A stretch of 55,771 nucleotides of DNA, filler included, from Sphacelaria rigidula (lineage: Eukaryota): the NCBI GenBank assembly GCA_964200075.2. It is 5 parts of 5 records of this genome, joined end to end, with 100 filler letters (N's around TTAATTAATTAA, not from the genome) between each part and the next. Parts side by side here need not be neighbours in the genome. Positions count along the whole stretch, not along the records: positions 11,176 to 22,249 come from CAXNAA020005426.1; positions 22,350 to 33,423 come from CAXNAA020005427.1; 3 more parts are not named here. One strand, written 5' to 3'. Made by a program: the position numbers and the translations under genes. The notes under the pieces were generated by a model that had not been told where the DNA came from, did no database searches, and saw only the letters and a program-made list of their open reading frames with translations. The number at the start of each line of letters is the position of its first letter. The stretch's first letter is position 1. Positions 12,098 through 24,657 of the stretch are shown here, in pieces.

Positions 12098-12826
12098 TAT
12101 GAAAGGCGGGCGTAAGGTTCAAATGTTTTGACCGCGGGTCAGAGATAATCCGCATAATACTTGTTCCACGAGAGCCGATCCGGTTGGTGCTACTGTGTTG
12201 CCTACACTCCACCAACACCGAGATTTGTGTGCTGCCTGAGTTGGAAATCGTGGAGAAAACTGTTGTGTCAAAACTAAAGTGATCAGGAAGCTCGATTCGT
12301 TCGCAAGATGTCTTCATTGTCTACTGCTGGCGCTGCTGGCGCTGCTGCTGGTATGTGCACACTGCTGACTGTATCATAGGGTATCATGTTGCCCGTTGTG
12401 GGCTCTCTGGACCTGTGCTGCCATGTAACGCTGAAGCTTTGCCCCACTCTGATACTGTTATGCTCATCCTTGGCGCCAGCTTTCGTGCTTAAATAGTGAA
12501 TATCGTGTCAATAGACCGTTTAGCTGTGTCTGCTAGCAGTGCTACGACGCGTCGTCAACACCGTCAAACATGAGCACCGTTTATGCCAGAACCGTTAGCA
12601 CAAGGTGACGGAGCACAGCACCCCCCTCAAGGATGTGATCAGTTTCCCACCCGCGAACGCGCGACCAAATGGCTTATTGTTTGAAATATGTGTCCGATGT
12701 CTTCGAAGGATACATCTTTTGGGACTGGCGTGTGACTTTTTCCCGAAGATATGAAGGTGTAAAATATTGCCTTCAAGTTCACCCCTTCGTTTATTTCACC
12801 TTGTTTTCCCTCCATTTTTTTTTTGC

Positions 12827-13264
12827 GGATTGTTCACTTTTGGGACGTTTGTCCCTCCTTTTGACCCCCAAACAGGGGAAACCGACAAAACACGTCTCGG
12901 ACACTTTGCACCACTCCACAGAGAGGAGCCTAACCCACTTTTCAGATTCGCTCGGCTCCAAGGTTTCGAGAGAGGCCGCTGAACAAAAATCCGTGTGCAA
13001 CAAAATCTACGGCGATCTCCACAGATTATTTGGCAAACTGACGGGAGTCAGCAAGCACGGATTTTCGCACACGGATTTTTGTTCAGCGGTCAATCTCGAA
13101 ACCTCGGAGCCAAGCGAATCTGAAAAAAATGTGGAGTGATGCAAAGTGTCTAAGTATGCAAAATGTATTGGCGGGTTTCTTGGCTTGGGGGTCAAAAAGG
13201 GGGTCAAACGTCCCAAAGGTGAACAATCCGTGGGCCAAAAATCTGTTTGCCATAACATCCGGCC
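12827..13264. mobile_element. Long-TIR foldback MITE (PIF/Harbinger-like family), left end truncated
   Basis: About 170-bp inverted arms around a short spacer, ending in cataacatccggcc. Same family as 1-212 and 24658-25355. Confidence 0.75.
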
Positions 13265-14448
13265 ACAATCAGTACCTGAAAATAAAAAAAACACCGTTGA
13301 TTCACAATATATATATATATATGTGTATATATATACACGTCCCGAACGACAGCGTTTTAGTAGACGGTGGGTCCATGGGTACGGTTCAAATTGTATAACG
13401 CATACACTAATTTCAAGTAAATTAATTCAAATTATTACCAGTCCCTCGACATGATATAGCACATCATGTAACGCAAACTTGATTCTTGTATAGACTCCGT
13501 CACACCTATGTTCACGGGCCTTCTGGTCCCCGCAGCCACCGCAGCTACAGTACAGGACTGTGCTGCGGAAAGACTGTATCCAGGACGACAACGTTCCCAC
13601 AAGGAGTGCTTTGTATTTCTGTATGCGGATTGGTGTATCCAACCTTCGCTATGAACGTCGTCGTGCCTGCGGTATGGTTGCGGTGGCGAGGGTTGGTGTT
13701 GCAGTCTCCATTTGCGCTTAGCTTTCGCCTCCTGTATCCTGCCCGGCTTTGGATACGGGGGATGAGATAAGACGGTGCTATCGTTGTCGCTGTGCGTTGT
13801 TTCATGCTCCCGGATGGCATAACCCCAGAAAAGGACTATATCGGCATTAAAGTTGCTACTGTAGCTCTCTATTGTTGGCCGTCGTGCTTTTGTTTGGGAT
13901 GGCTCGTGTTGATCGGTGCCGTACAGACAATACCCACGCAATGCCCACCGCCTGGCCAGGGTTGGTGCATCTTGCGGTAAAGATACAGTTGGTACCGCGA
14001 CAGAAATTGTTCAGAGATACAGTGGCGGAGACGACCAAGCACTCTACGCACGGGATATCAGACAGCTAACCCAAACATGCATCTCTTTCACGTGTGCGAT
14101 CCCGTGTGCTAGAGCACCGCCCTCCTTCGAAGGTATACCGTATAAGCTTGTTTCATGATGATATGGTGCTTGCGAAATATCATCGATACGATGAACTGTC
14201 CTGGGCTGTAGCCAGCTAGCGAAGGGAAATGAAGCCCAGACCGAGCCTGGACATAACCCCCCCCCCCAACCAATTCAATCTTTTTGACCTCTCTGCCGTA
14301 CATGGGGCTTGAGTAGCGCACGTGTGTCCATCAACACAGAAATCCAGGGTTAAATCCATTCGAGAATAACAGAACACAACGAAAAAATAGCTGATGTTGG
14401 TTTAATTATTATATAACGACCCGTACCTGTAAAGTCGGTGCCTTTTAA

Positions 14449-14546
14449 CCCTTAGACCGCGAGATTAGTCTTTCCGGACCATGCATCCTTTTTTTCACTT
14501 GAAATTGATGCCGATCCAACAGAAGACTAACCTCGCGGTCTAAGGG
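14449..14546. mobile_element. 98-bp piggyBac-type MITE
   Basis: TTAA on both sides (14445-48, 14547-50). 24-bp TIR cccttagaccgcgag(a/g)ttagtctt with 1 mismatch. Confidence 0.9.
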
Positions 14547-17500
14547 TTAACATGCCCCATTCTTCCTCCGTACCATTTTCCAGGCCATTTCCGGCCCAGG
14601 TTCGGTATTTGTGTTTTGAATATTTGTGTGGGACCTCGCTAGGCCATGACCAACCCAAAAAAGTGAGAATATATATATTCACTTGCGTAGGACGCTTTAG
14701 TATAGTATAGAACATATTTTCACGAGGAGGCCCGTACCTCTCCCGAAACAAAAGAAATGAAAGGCCCATTTTTTTCTCCTTCAGCATGCCTTTGAAATTC
14801 TCCATGATACGTTTCAAATATCAATTCTTGAAATTGAGCTGAAAAACTGAGATAAGGTCCGAGAGCATTGCGCAGGAACCGTAGGTAAGGTACCGTACCG
14901 AGCGTACCCCCGGTTTTCACCGGGGTATCCCATACCGTGATATGCGTGGGTATCGTAGGTATGTGTTTTGAAATTACCTGATTGAGGTCATACAGTAGGT
15001 ATTGGCATCTCGAAATACCGTGGTATCGTAGGTATCGTGGATACGGCACAAGGAAATATCCGATTGAGCGGGTACGGTAGGTATTGACATGTCGAATACC
15101 GTGGTATCGTGGGTATCGTAGGTATGACTTTTGAAAATACCCGATTGGGTCGGTATCGGTAGGGTATGAGATGTCCCGAATACCGGTACCGAGTACCTAC
15201 CTTACCCTCTATACCGAATTCAAAACTGTCATCCGGCAGTGCAGAGAAGCGTTTCAGGGCGTGTCTTGGCAAAAAATTACATATCGAAAAATGTGACGGT
15301 GAAAGTGATTGTAGCGAAAATTGCACATTTTTGTCGAGTTGGGTCCAATCGAATTTTCAAGCTTTCGATCGAAAAAAGACGGTGAAAATCGTGACACGGT
15401 ACGAGCTGGGCCAGTTTAAAAGCGGCACAAAGTTGCACACACCACAGCTTTCCCAGTTTTCCGAATAAAGCCTATGTAAGCATATCATTGTGAACTGCAG
15501 GCCGACCTGATGAGAAAGGACTGCGTCGCTGTTCGATTGGCGTCGTATTACTGATGACGTTATTGTGCTGCATAGAGTACGGGGTGCGCCTCACACCGTT
15601 GGGCGATAGCGTGTCGGAGTGCTGTTTTTTTATTTCGGTTGGTTCAGACAGTAATCAGCCCGCGCTGGGTATTAGTGGGTTGCAGCAGGGTCACGCAAAA
15701 CGTTGCACGCCCGGCCTAATTCGACGACTTTTGGGCTGAAATTTCACGACGATCTTCTGCACCCAGGGAAATAATACATCCCTTAAGCAGCTGCAGATTC
15801 CCATTTTTTTCCTGGACTCACGACATGAGCTTATTTTTTGTTGAGATTTCAAATCCCCATAACTTCCTTTTTTGTTTTTGTTTTTCCTTGATGCTCACGT
15901 GATGTTGTGCATATCAATCATAAAAAGCTGCTGTCAAAATTTCAGCGGCCAACTCCTAATATCGCGTCGTGCGTCGCCTGAGCGTGAAAACCACCCATTG
16001 TTCGCTGGCCCAGCTCGTACATGGTCACTCGTGTACAGTACAGTCTTGTGTACTGTCTGCACTGCTTGCAAGCAGTGTGTCTCGAGTGCGTGTGTGCGTG
16101 TTTCGTACAGTAAGATTTTCAAGAGAAGCCGGCAACGTGCAGTGCAGACAGCCCAGGACTGTCAGTTTTCTCTGCTTGCAAAGCGACGTGAAAAACGCGT
16201 CAACAACGTGCAGCTTTGTACTGCCTGCACTGTCCATGAGCGTGTACACAACTCGGTTGCCCACCGTACCACGCAGTTCCGTCGATGATCCCCACAATGA
16301 AAGAAGATGCGCAAATTTTCGCCAACAAAAAATAAACAAAGCATACCCACCTACTGCAGGGTTGGGGTGGTAGCTGAGAATGAGTTGGATGGAGTTAGCA
16401 TAGTTCTGTGCAAGCTTTCGCCAACAAAAAGTGAACAAAGCATACCCAGCTACTGCAGCGTATCTATACCTGTGCTCACCTCGTGCTCTATGCTGCAGGC
16501 TTGGGATGGTAGTTGAGAATGAGTTGGATGGAGTAAGCATAGTTCTGTGAACGGGTGTTATCTGGCGTGGTGGTCTGTAAGATAGGAGTTAAGTGCCGCT
16601 TCGTGCCTTTCGACCGCATGTTTTCGATCGGAAAAGCTTAGCTTCTTTGTTTTGTAGTTTTCTCCGCGCACCACTAATCACAAACTGGAGTTGAAGCCTT
16701 TTAAGAACAGAAATGCGCTGGACCTATCAGATCGAGAAAAAAAATCGACCGCACTTCAGACTACATAACAGTGAGTCCATTCAAAGTGATCCAAACACGT
16801 AAATCAGGGGGAATCTGGGCGCATATTACTTGTGAGAACAAGGCGTACCTGGTCCGACAACTTCTGGTCTTTGCGTAACAAGTTGGGACCACCTGCTGCA
16901 CCGTGGCGAGTGTATCGCGTCCGGTATTACAGGGTATACCCCCGGTATTTACCGGGGTGTACCATATCGTGGTATGCGTAGGTATCGTAGGTACGAGTTT
17001 TGAGAAAACCCGATTGAGCGGGTACGGTAGGTATTGAAATCTTGAAATACCGCCGTATCGTAAGTATCGTAGGTGTGAGTTCTGGAAATACCTGATTGAG
17101 TGGGCACGGTAGGTATTGGTATCTGTAAATACCGTGGTATCGTAGGTATCGTAGGTACGACACAAGGAAGTACCCGATTGGGTGGGTGCGGTAGGTATTG
17201 ACATCTCGAAATACCGTGGTATCGTGGGTATCGTAGGTATGAGAATTGAAAATACCCGATTGAGCGGGTACGGTAGGTATTGAAATTACAATTTTCAAAT
17301 TGGTTGTTGTCTTAGATTATTCCAGATTCTGCATTGGATTTCTGTGACAGAAAACTGCCTCGTTTTTTTCGGACTACTTTTCAAAAAACAAGCAGAACTT
17401 TTCGAAATACTGCCCAAAACGTGACCCCAATGTATGAACTACAGGGTACTACACTGAACACGACACAATTCTCCAGTGGTATATGGAGTACAGAATACTA

Positions 17501-18109
17501 CACTGAATACAACACAACACAGCACAGCTTCTGCAGTGTTTTTTAGAACCTGAACACGAACTGTATACAGTATGCATCAGTTTCTCTCGTTGCAACGAAC
17601 AAGGCGCTTCCCACACGCATCATTTCTATGCTGCACTTGTCGCTGTGCTGTTGTGCATTTGAACACCTTACGAACATGGTGTGATGTGCGCTGGATTTTT
17701 TGCCGAGTGCCGAGTAAGTAAGCATGGACCCATCGGCGGGTAGTACGTACCCAGCGCTGTCCAGCACGGTGGCTGTCACTCGCAAGGTGCGTGGGTGTTA
17801 TCGCACGGTCGAAACGCGGACCGTCTACGATCAAGAGCACCAGCAGCAGCAGCAGCATCGGCACCGGTTGAGTCAGAACCACCCCCAGCCGCGTACATTT
17901 ACTGCCAATTAATATGCTGCTGCTGGTACTGCTGCTGCTGCTGCTGCTTCTCGTGCGCGAGGCGGTCCGCGTTTCGTCGTGCGACATTACCCATGCACCT
18001 GGCACGTTGCTGATACTGCTGCATGCTAACAAAAACAGTCAGGTGATCGGAATCTTCCCCTGTTTTTTTATCGCTTGACCGTTTTCCTCAGAGGAACGGA
18101 AAACCCAAA

Positions 18110-19070
18110 TGATTCATTCGCAGCTACCTACTCGACCTTGCGGCACAGATCACGAACTGACCGCAGGGATACATACACTGTAGTGATGGAAACCGACACC
18201 ACCACTGTTTTGGCATGACGTGTTCCTTTTTGTTGGCGAAAACTTAGGCATCTAATTTTGTGGCAGGGTCCACCGACGGAGTTACGTGTTGGGGTGGGCG
18301 ATCGAATTGCCAACGCGCTCATGGACAGTCGAGGCGGTGCAAAACTGCACATGGTCCCAATCTGCTTCGCATGCTCCTGTTTGCAGAGAGTCAGAAAGCT
18401 GTGCTGTCTTACAAATGTGCTGTATGCCGCGTTGCCCGCTTCTTGTCCACATCGCGGCTGCATGCTGTGCGAAACACACACACTATCCACACAACAAAGT
18501 AGTACAGGGCGCCACTACTGTTGTACAGTCTGTTCTGTCTGTACTGTGCTATATATAGGTCAAGAAGTACCTATGTTGCAGACGACCCTGCCAGATACTA
18601 CCCTTTCACAGAATTACGCAAAAGCCAAGTGGTTCATTTGCAGCTACCTACCCAACCCTGCGGCACAGATCACGAACTCAGCACAGGGATATACACTGCA
18701 GCAGTAATAGAAAACCGACACCCCCACTGTTTTGGCATGATGCGTTCCTTTTTGTTGGCGAAAACTTAGGCCTCTAATTTTGTGGCGGGGTCCACCGACG
18801 GAGTTGCGTGTCGGGGTGGGCGATCGGATTGCCAACGCGCTCATGGACAGTCGAGGCGGTGAAAAACTGCCCATGGTTCAAATCTGCTTTGCATCCTCTC
18901 GTATGCATAGAGTCAGAAAGCTGTGCTGTCTGTCAAATGTGCTGTATGTCGCGTTGCCCGCTTCTTTTCCGCATCGCGCCCGCATGCTGTGCGAAACACG
19001 CACCATCTGGACAGTACAGGCCACCACTGTTGTACAGCAGTCTGTACTGTACTGCCTATTTTTTGGCCAA
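18110..19070 (+). repeat. Tandem duplication with a period of about 520 bp, with an inverted homologue at about 16020-16550
   Basis: 18110-18560 and 18632-19070 are near-identical (ORFs MWQGPPTELRVGVGDRIANALMDSRGG / MWRGPPTELRVGVGDRIANALMDSRGG). Confidence 0.85.
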
Positions 19071-19082
19071 GAAGGAAGCTGC

Positions 19083-19293
19083 TGTAATGCGTGAGAGGAC
19101 CGCGTGCTTGGAGGACCGCGTCGGAAGTTGAACATCACTATGGTTGGGGTTAGGATTAGGATTAGTGTTGGGGTTGGGGTCAGGGGCGTGGTACCTGCAG
19201 GGACTGGTCCGATTGGTTTTGGAAAACGTCGATATTGAGGTGTTTCGAGCTACGGTGCTGTCCTCTAAGCACGCGGTCCTCTCACGCATTACA
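19083..19293. mobile_element. MITE with TIRs of about 37 bp and an internal telomere-like tract
   Basis: tgtaatgcgtgagaggaccgcgtgctt(g/a)gaggac is inverted at both ends. Internal ggggttaggattaggattagtgttggggttgggg. Confidence 0.85.
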
Positions 19294-20249
19294 CTGTGAC
19301 CTACGGAAAACGCAAGGGTGCTCTGGAACGGTCTCAAGTGTCAACATCCGCTGAGACCTTTTCTCGGGGCAAAAACGACGGAGAAGGTTCAAAAAAGCAC
19401 TTTTCAACAAGTTATATTTTGATACATAACAAGTGGCCTAACAAAGGAAAAGGAAGAAAAAAAAATGGAAGCGCGATTGCGAAGCAGAGCAATCTATCTC
19501 GAAATACCGGGGTATCGTGGGTATCGTGGGTATGACATTTGAAAATACCCGATTGAGTCGGTATCGATAGGGTATAAAATGTCCCAAATACCGGTAGCGG
19601 GTACCTACCTTGCCTACGGTGCCTGTGGAGCATTGTCTATTATTCCCTAAAACTTCCTCAAAAATAAAAAATACGAGAAAAAAATGAATGGAAACGAAAA
19701 ACGAGGATTTTTTAGTCGTTATGCTCTAGCGATTCTCCGTACGAAATTTCAAAGCACAACTGTCAAAAACTTGTATCGCCCTCCGCGAAAATAAAGAGAC
19801 GTGGATGAGACGCAATATCCAGATTTTAGTGCATTAAGTGCCTGTGCTCAAAATATATTTATTTTAGTATAGAACCTTATGTGCGTCATATCTCGAGACA
19901 GAAAACGAGTTGGGAAAAAGTGGAGGTATCGATCGTTTCCCCGTGCTCCACGAAATGTCCACACCAAAAAATGTCATCGTCCACTGTATATATCATTCGG
20001 GGTTTCATATGGACTTTGGTATGGACGCTATCTCCGTACGGTATAGGAATTACTAGAAATGGGATTTGATCAACGAAAGGAAATCGGCCCAGACTTGTGA
20101 GCACATGGGCACCTTCCCCATGATCAGACAATCGATACGATATGCAAATCATGACCCAATTCGTCTGTGTCGATGAGATATTACTTTGAGAGCTTAAATC
20201 CGCATCTAGGCCGGCCCAGCTCTCAGCTCTTTCCTAGCGTAGCCCCCTA

Positions 20250-20640
20250 CCGAGCAGTGGAAGCTATATGAGCAAGGCATATTCCCCCGGGTGAGCTATG
20301 AGAGCTATGTGAGCTCCGCATGTTTGCCTTGGGTGAGCTATCGAGCGTAGCTCATCAGAGCACGCTTCCCTGGATGAGCTATAGGAGCTTTAGTACAGAG
20401 CTACTCATGTTTGCCTCGGTGAGCTACCCACCGATAGCTCTTCAGCGCATATTTGCCCTTGGTGAGCTACTAACCCGTACCTACGCCCTGGGTAAGCTAT
20501 GAGAGCTACATGAGCTACGGTTGTTCGCCCTTGATGAGCTATGAGAGCTACGTGGGCTACGCATGTTTTTACTGGGTGAGCTACCAACCCGTAGCTCATC
20601 AACGCATGTTTACCTTGGGTGAGCTATCGGGCGTAGCTCG
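20250..20640. repeat. Degenerate tandem array of ggtgagcta/gagctatgagagcta units
   Basis: Repeated catgtttgccttgggtgagcta-type units. Confidence 0.7.
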
Positions 20641-20680
20641 AATGTACATGCTTTACTACAACTGAGCGAAAGTCCGCCGC

Positions 20681-20944
20681 GCCCCGGGGTGTAATGGTCC
20701 GCCCGTCACCGTAAGGGTGGAGAAATGATGGGATTTTCCTGGAAGTATCTGATTTCCACAGTCGAAAGCATGAGTACGTGAGTAAACCAAAAGTGGCTGA
20801 CTGAGCTCGTTTGACGAGAGTTGACGCGATGCGGGAGTGTTGACTCAATCCGCGAGACCAAAATGTAAGGCGTGTACCGCGGAGAGATTGGTGGATCCCT
20901 CGAGATCACGGACTCGTCCCGAGGAAGGGGAGGGATTCAAAGTA
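20681..20944 (+). mobile_element. tRNA-derived SINE, copy 2 (B-box region deleted, tail interrupted by a MITE)
   Basis: Colinear with 42698-43032. The tail resumes as cgacaaatgaaaaa after 21504. Confidence 0.75.
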
Positions 20945-21502
20945 CAGTAGTGGATCCGATTTTATGCCGGGTAGTGTCCCTCGAAAAAAACCGGCATAAA
21001 ATTGATTTTATGCCGAATCGGGTTCCAATTTTATACTGATTCGGCATAAGATCGGACAAGCGGACAAGGGACATTTTTACGCTGCATAACACCCGTCGAC
21101 ATCGAATCCGTGTCGTTTCTGGAAACAATTGGGTGCAGATACACTAGTGGGTAGATGTCCCTTGTACAGGAATTGTATCTGCAGTATGGTGTGTAGTGAG
21201 ATAGGCCTGGCGTTTGCGCTGGCGCCTTGCAGTGCTGTCCTGCTGCGCATGGCATGACTTACAACGTTGAGTGCTGCCGTGTTTGTGCTTCACACGGCAA
21301 AAAAGCGGCCCATTTGGTGTCCATCCGGGTTAAAGTGAGGCGCCCGTTTTTATGCCGATCCGGCATAAATTCGGACTTTATGCCGATTTCGGGCGTACAA
21401 AGGGAAAGCGCCATAAAACCCATAATTTCCGTGTATCCTGAAAAAAACGGTATGAAATTGACTTGGCATAGAATAAATGGCATAAAATCGGGTCCACTAC
21501 TG
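20945..21502. mobile_element. Tc1/mariner-like MITE
   Basis: 24-bp TIR cagtagtgga(t/c)ccgattttatgcc, TA on both sides, subterminal ttttatgccg/cggcataaaa repeats. Confidence 0.9.
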
Positions 21503-21559
21503 TACGACAAATGAAAAACGAAAAGGCCGCAGATGAGCTAGCTCGTGAGCTGTCCGACG

Positions 21560-21622
21560 TGTGCTATCTTGTGACCACGGCTGGATCCCTCGGGAATCAG
21601 TTACAGTCAATTAATTAATCAA
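21560..21622 (+). mobile_element. 5'-truncated LINE-like 3' tail
   Basis: gaccacggctggatccc...tcagtta...(caat)n, same motif as at 43300, 53870 and 55640. Confidence 0.6.
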
Positions 21623-22249
21623 TGAATCGCATTGCCCGGGGGATTCATCTCGCGTTAGCTTATGGTCGTCCAGGATTACTTCACCGACTGTAAGGATTGG
21701 ACGTTTCTGCGTTGTCTGTGCTGTGCTGTGCTGTACTGTTTTGAACGGTACTGTACCGTATTGTGCAAAATATTATTGCCAGTATAGCGATGCCTCTAGT
21801 TCGGTGCATATGGGGGGTGCGCGACGTGCTTGATGCTACCGCACAGTCTGATCTGCATGGTTACAGTGAACAGCAGTCGAACAGGAAAGTAGCACGGCGG
21901 TTCCTAAGGAGCACGGTACGCTGCACAGACATGGATACTGTACCTCATGACAAGGCCGGGAGTGATGAGCGATTTCGTAATGCTTTGGGTGGGTCATTTT
22001 ATTTGAACTCATTCATGAGCAGAGCGCACGGAAGCGTAAAAAAATGTTCTGGTCGTCAGATGTGACTCATATCGAGTACGGCACTGTAGCCAATATTCGT
22101 AAGCACGATAGAAGTGCATTCTTCGAACGCTTGATATCCCCAGCTCCATTTGCTTCGTGGCGATTTCGCATCAAGGAAAACATCGGGGGGGGGCGTACTC
22201 ATTTGTTGCTTGCCTTAGTCATTTGACCATTGACCACGCATCCCTTTCG

Positions 22250-22349
22250 NNNNNNNNNNNNNNNNNNNNNNNNNNNNNNNNNNNNNNNNNNNNTTAATTA
22301 ATTAANNNNNNNNNNNNNNNNNNNNNNNNNNNNNNNNNNNNNNNNNNNN
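22250..22349. other. Artificial contig spacer
   Basis: N44-TTAATTAATTAA-N44. Confidence 0.98.
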
Positions 22350-24657
22350 TTTTAATCCTCCGGGTTCTCATCCTCAATGAAAAGCACCATCCTCAACATA
22401 GATAATCGGCTGTTCTCAGCTGTAAGAAGACCGTGAGAGCAATTCGTAGTCTACAACGCACAACAAGCAGTACTGCACCTGGTTACATTGCCACTTTGTT
22501 AGAGTTCATGACTTCTTGCGCCACACTTATGGGTGGCATGTTGGGAAATCATCACGATGCGGTCTTGTCTGTTGTTTGAAATTGCTGCCTACTACTGCAC
22601 TGTTATGGTGCTGTATTACTGTACAACTGACTGTCCTCCGGCATCGCTGTAATTCACCGTACTGCGATGTACTGTTGTAGTGTTCTGCATTGCACTCTCT
22701 ATACTGCACTGGCTGTACTCTACACTGCACAGCCCTAACGCACTATTATAGTACCCTGTGGTGCACCGTGGTGGATTTAAGTACCACAGGTGCAGTGAAG
22801 CGTGGTGTACGGCACGCACGGTGCCGCAAGGTATGGTACAGCAAATGCTGTCTTGACTGGTGCATTTTCGGACTGCACCTGACTGGATGCTGGGCAATCG
22901 CACATTTATTTGGTGGCACAACCTGCGGCCATTCACTGCGGCAAAAAAAAAGTCCACATCAAGCCACGTCACATCAGCTTCCGCTGTGAACCTTTTAGCG
23001 CCCACTCTGAAGTTTCAACGCTTCCACTCTGCACTCTGTCTCTATGATCAGAAACAAAATCTTCCGAAACTCTCTATTAACACGATTTTTTTAAACTTTT
23101 TTTTCATTTATTTTATGTTTTTGGTACTCGTACGAGATTTAGGAACCCCCCCCCCCCCGAAAACACCTAGGATTAAAAAAATCGACATAGGGTCTCGCAT
23201 TTTTGTTTTGGGCACTCCTGGTTTGTCCAAAAATAAAACTGCGGCCACCGGTAAACGGGAAGATGTCCTGAAGCCGCCTCAACTAGTAGAGCAAGTCATT
23301 CCAAGATGTCAAACTTCGCCTAGCTCTCTCTAAGGGCGTAAAACGAGGTACAGTGGTGGGTGGTCTAACTACTCCGGGGTGTTTTGTGATCTTCCTCGCG
23401 TACTGCCCTTCGATAGAACTCGAAATTTCTAGCGTCGGAAGATTTCGGTACAATAAATAGATCATCCTTGAAACACAGTGCCCAAGTCAGTGTTCGTTGG
23501 TGTTATCGGGCGATACGAGTAAATTCCCCGTTCATCAGGAGTGTGATTGACCGTGAACACACAGTTTTTTGGCTTTAGTGCAATGAGTAGGTATAATTTC
23601 GAAAATTCAAACTGTACATTTCTTCACAACTATGATCGGGACAGGCTCGATCGACCTGGGCCGGCCTAGACGCGGACATACGCTCTCAATGACGTGTTGG
23701 ACCGTGATCCGCAAATCGTATGATCTAGTCGGCACACACGTATTGGGCCGTGATCCGCATATCGTTTCGATTGCCTGATGAAGGAGAAGGTGCTCATCTG
23801 CTCAAACGTCTGAGCCATTTTTGTCGTGATTAGTAGTAATTCCTCTATCATACGGAGCTAATGTCCATGCGAAAATCTATATAAACCCCCGAACGACATA
23901 TACGGTGGATGCTGACGATTTTTGCTGTGGACAGTCTTCCCTGGAGCACGGGCGAACGATCGTTACCCTCACGTTCGCCTGATTCGTTTTTTATCTGGAG
24001 ATGTGGCGCACATGAAAGTCTGTACTGGAATCAATATGTTACGAGCAGAGGCACTCAATGCACTACGTCTGGATGTCCCGTCTCAGTTTTTATAGCTGTG
24101 CTTTGAAATTTCGGATGAATAATCACAATTAATAGTGCGTGATGAAATAAAAAATCAGCTTTGTTCGTTTTCTCGATTCGGAAAAAACCTTCGCAGATGG
24201 ATTTTGAGAAACAACGGACAATGTTCTAGGACCGTATCTCAAGTTTTCAGCTCAATTTTTATAATTGTGTTCAAAGCTTAGAATGGAGAATCGCACAGAC
24301 ATGAAAAAAAAGAAGTGCCTTCAAACATTGTCTCTTGGAAAAGTATGGCTTTGTCGAGGAAAAATGGCATTTACTATACTAGAACGTCCTGATCGTTTGA
24401 AATAAGATATCATGTCGTCTCAGTACTTGTTTGTTCATTACTGTATGGCCTAGCGAAGTCACACACAAAATTTCAAACCACAAGTACCAGACCTGGGCCG
24501 GTGAATGGCTTGTAAATTACTTTTCCGAATTTCACCCCGCTCGATTTCTAAAACACCCTGTTTAGGCTCAATTTCAAGAGCTGAACTTCCAAAACTGGTA
24601 CGGAGAATGCAGAGGACGTGATGAAAAAAATCGGGACGGAAATATTTTTCGTCGTGA

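Larger units (their letters stand above)
17286..19496 (+). mobile_element. Non-autonomous Helitron2-like insertion
   Basis: Splits the host repeat unit ggtattgaaa|tctcgaaatacc at A|T with no TSD. The 5' end ttacaattttc is inverted to the subterminal aaaa(a/t)tggaa. 3' hairpin gattgc-gaagcaga-gcaatc, then ta. The 3' end matches 53946-53992. Confidence 0.7.
14871..19627. mobile_element. 4.76-kb composite non-autonomous TIR element (P/hAT-like) with nested insertions
   Basis: TIR c(g/a)cagg(a/c)accgtagg(t/c)aaggta. Perfect 8-bp TSD GAGCATTG (14863-70, 19628-35). Internal repeats of about 60 bp (gtatcgtaggtatc) at 14900-15207, 16920-17285 and 19497-19620. Confidence 0.85.

Noticed and set aside
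14090-14160. LYGIPSKEGGAL resembling a non-LTR RT thumb motif (minus strand)
   Set aside because: A single short motif with no supporting RT motifs nearby.
14190-14235. SLAGYS PI4K-like peptide
   Set aside because: Different contig and no surrounding similarity, so a chance match.
17724-18030. Gln/Ser/Cys-rich ORFs
   Set aside because: CAG/CTG microsatellite low complexity inside a non-autonomous element.
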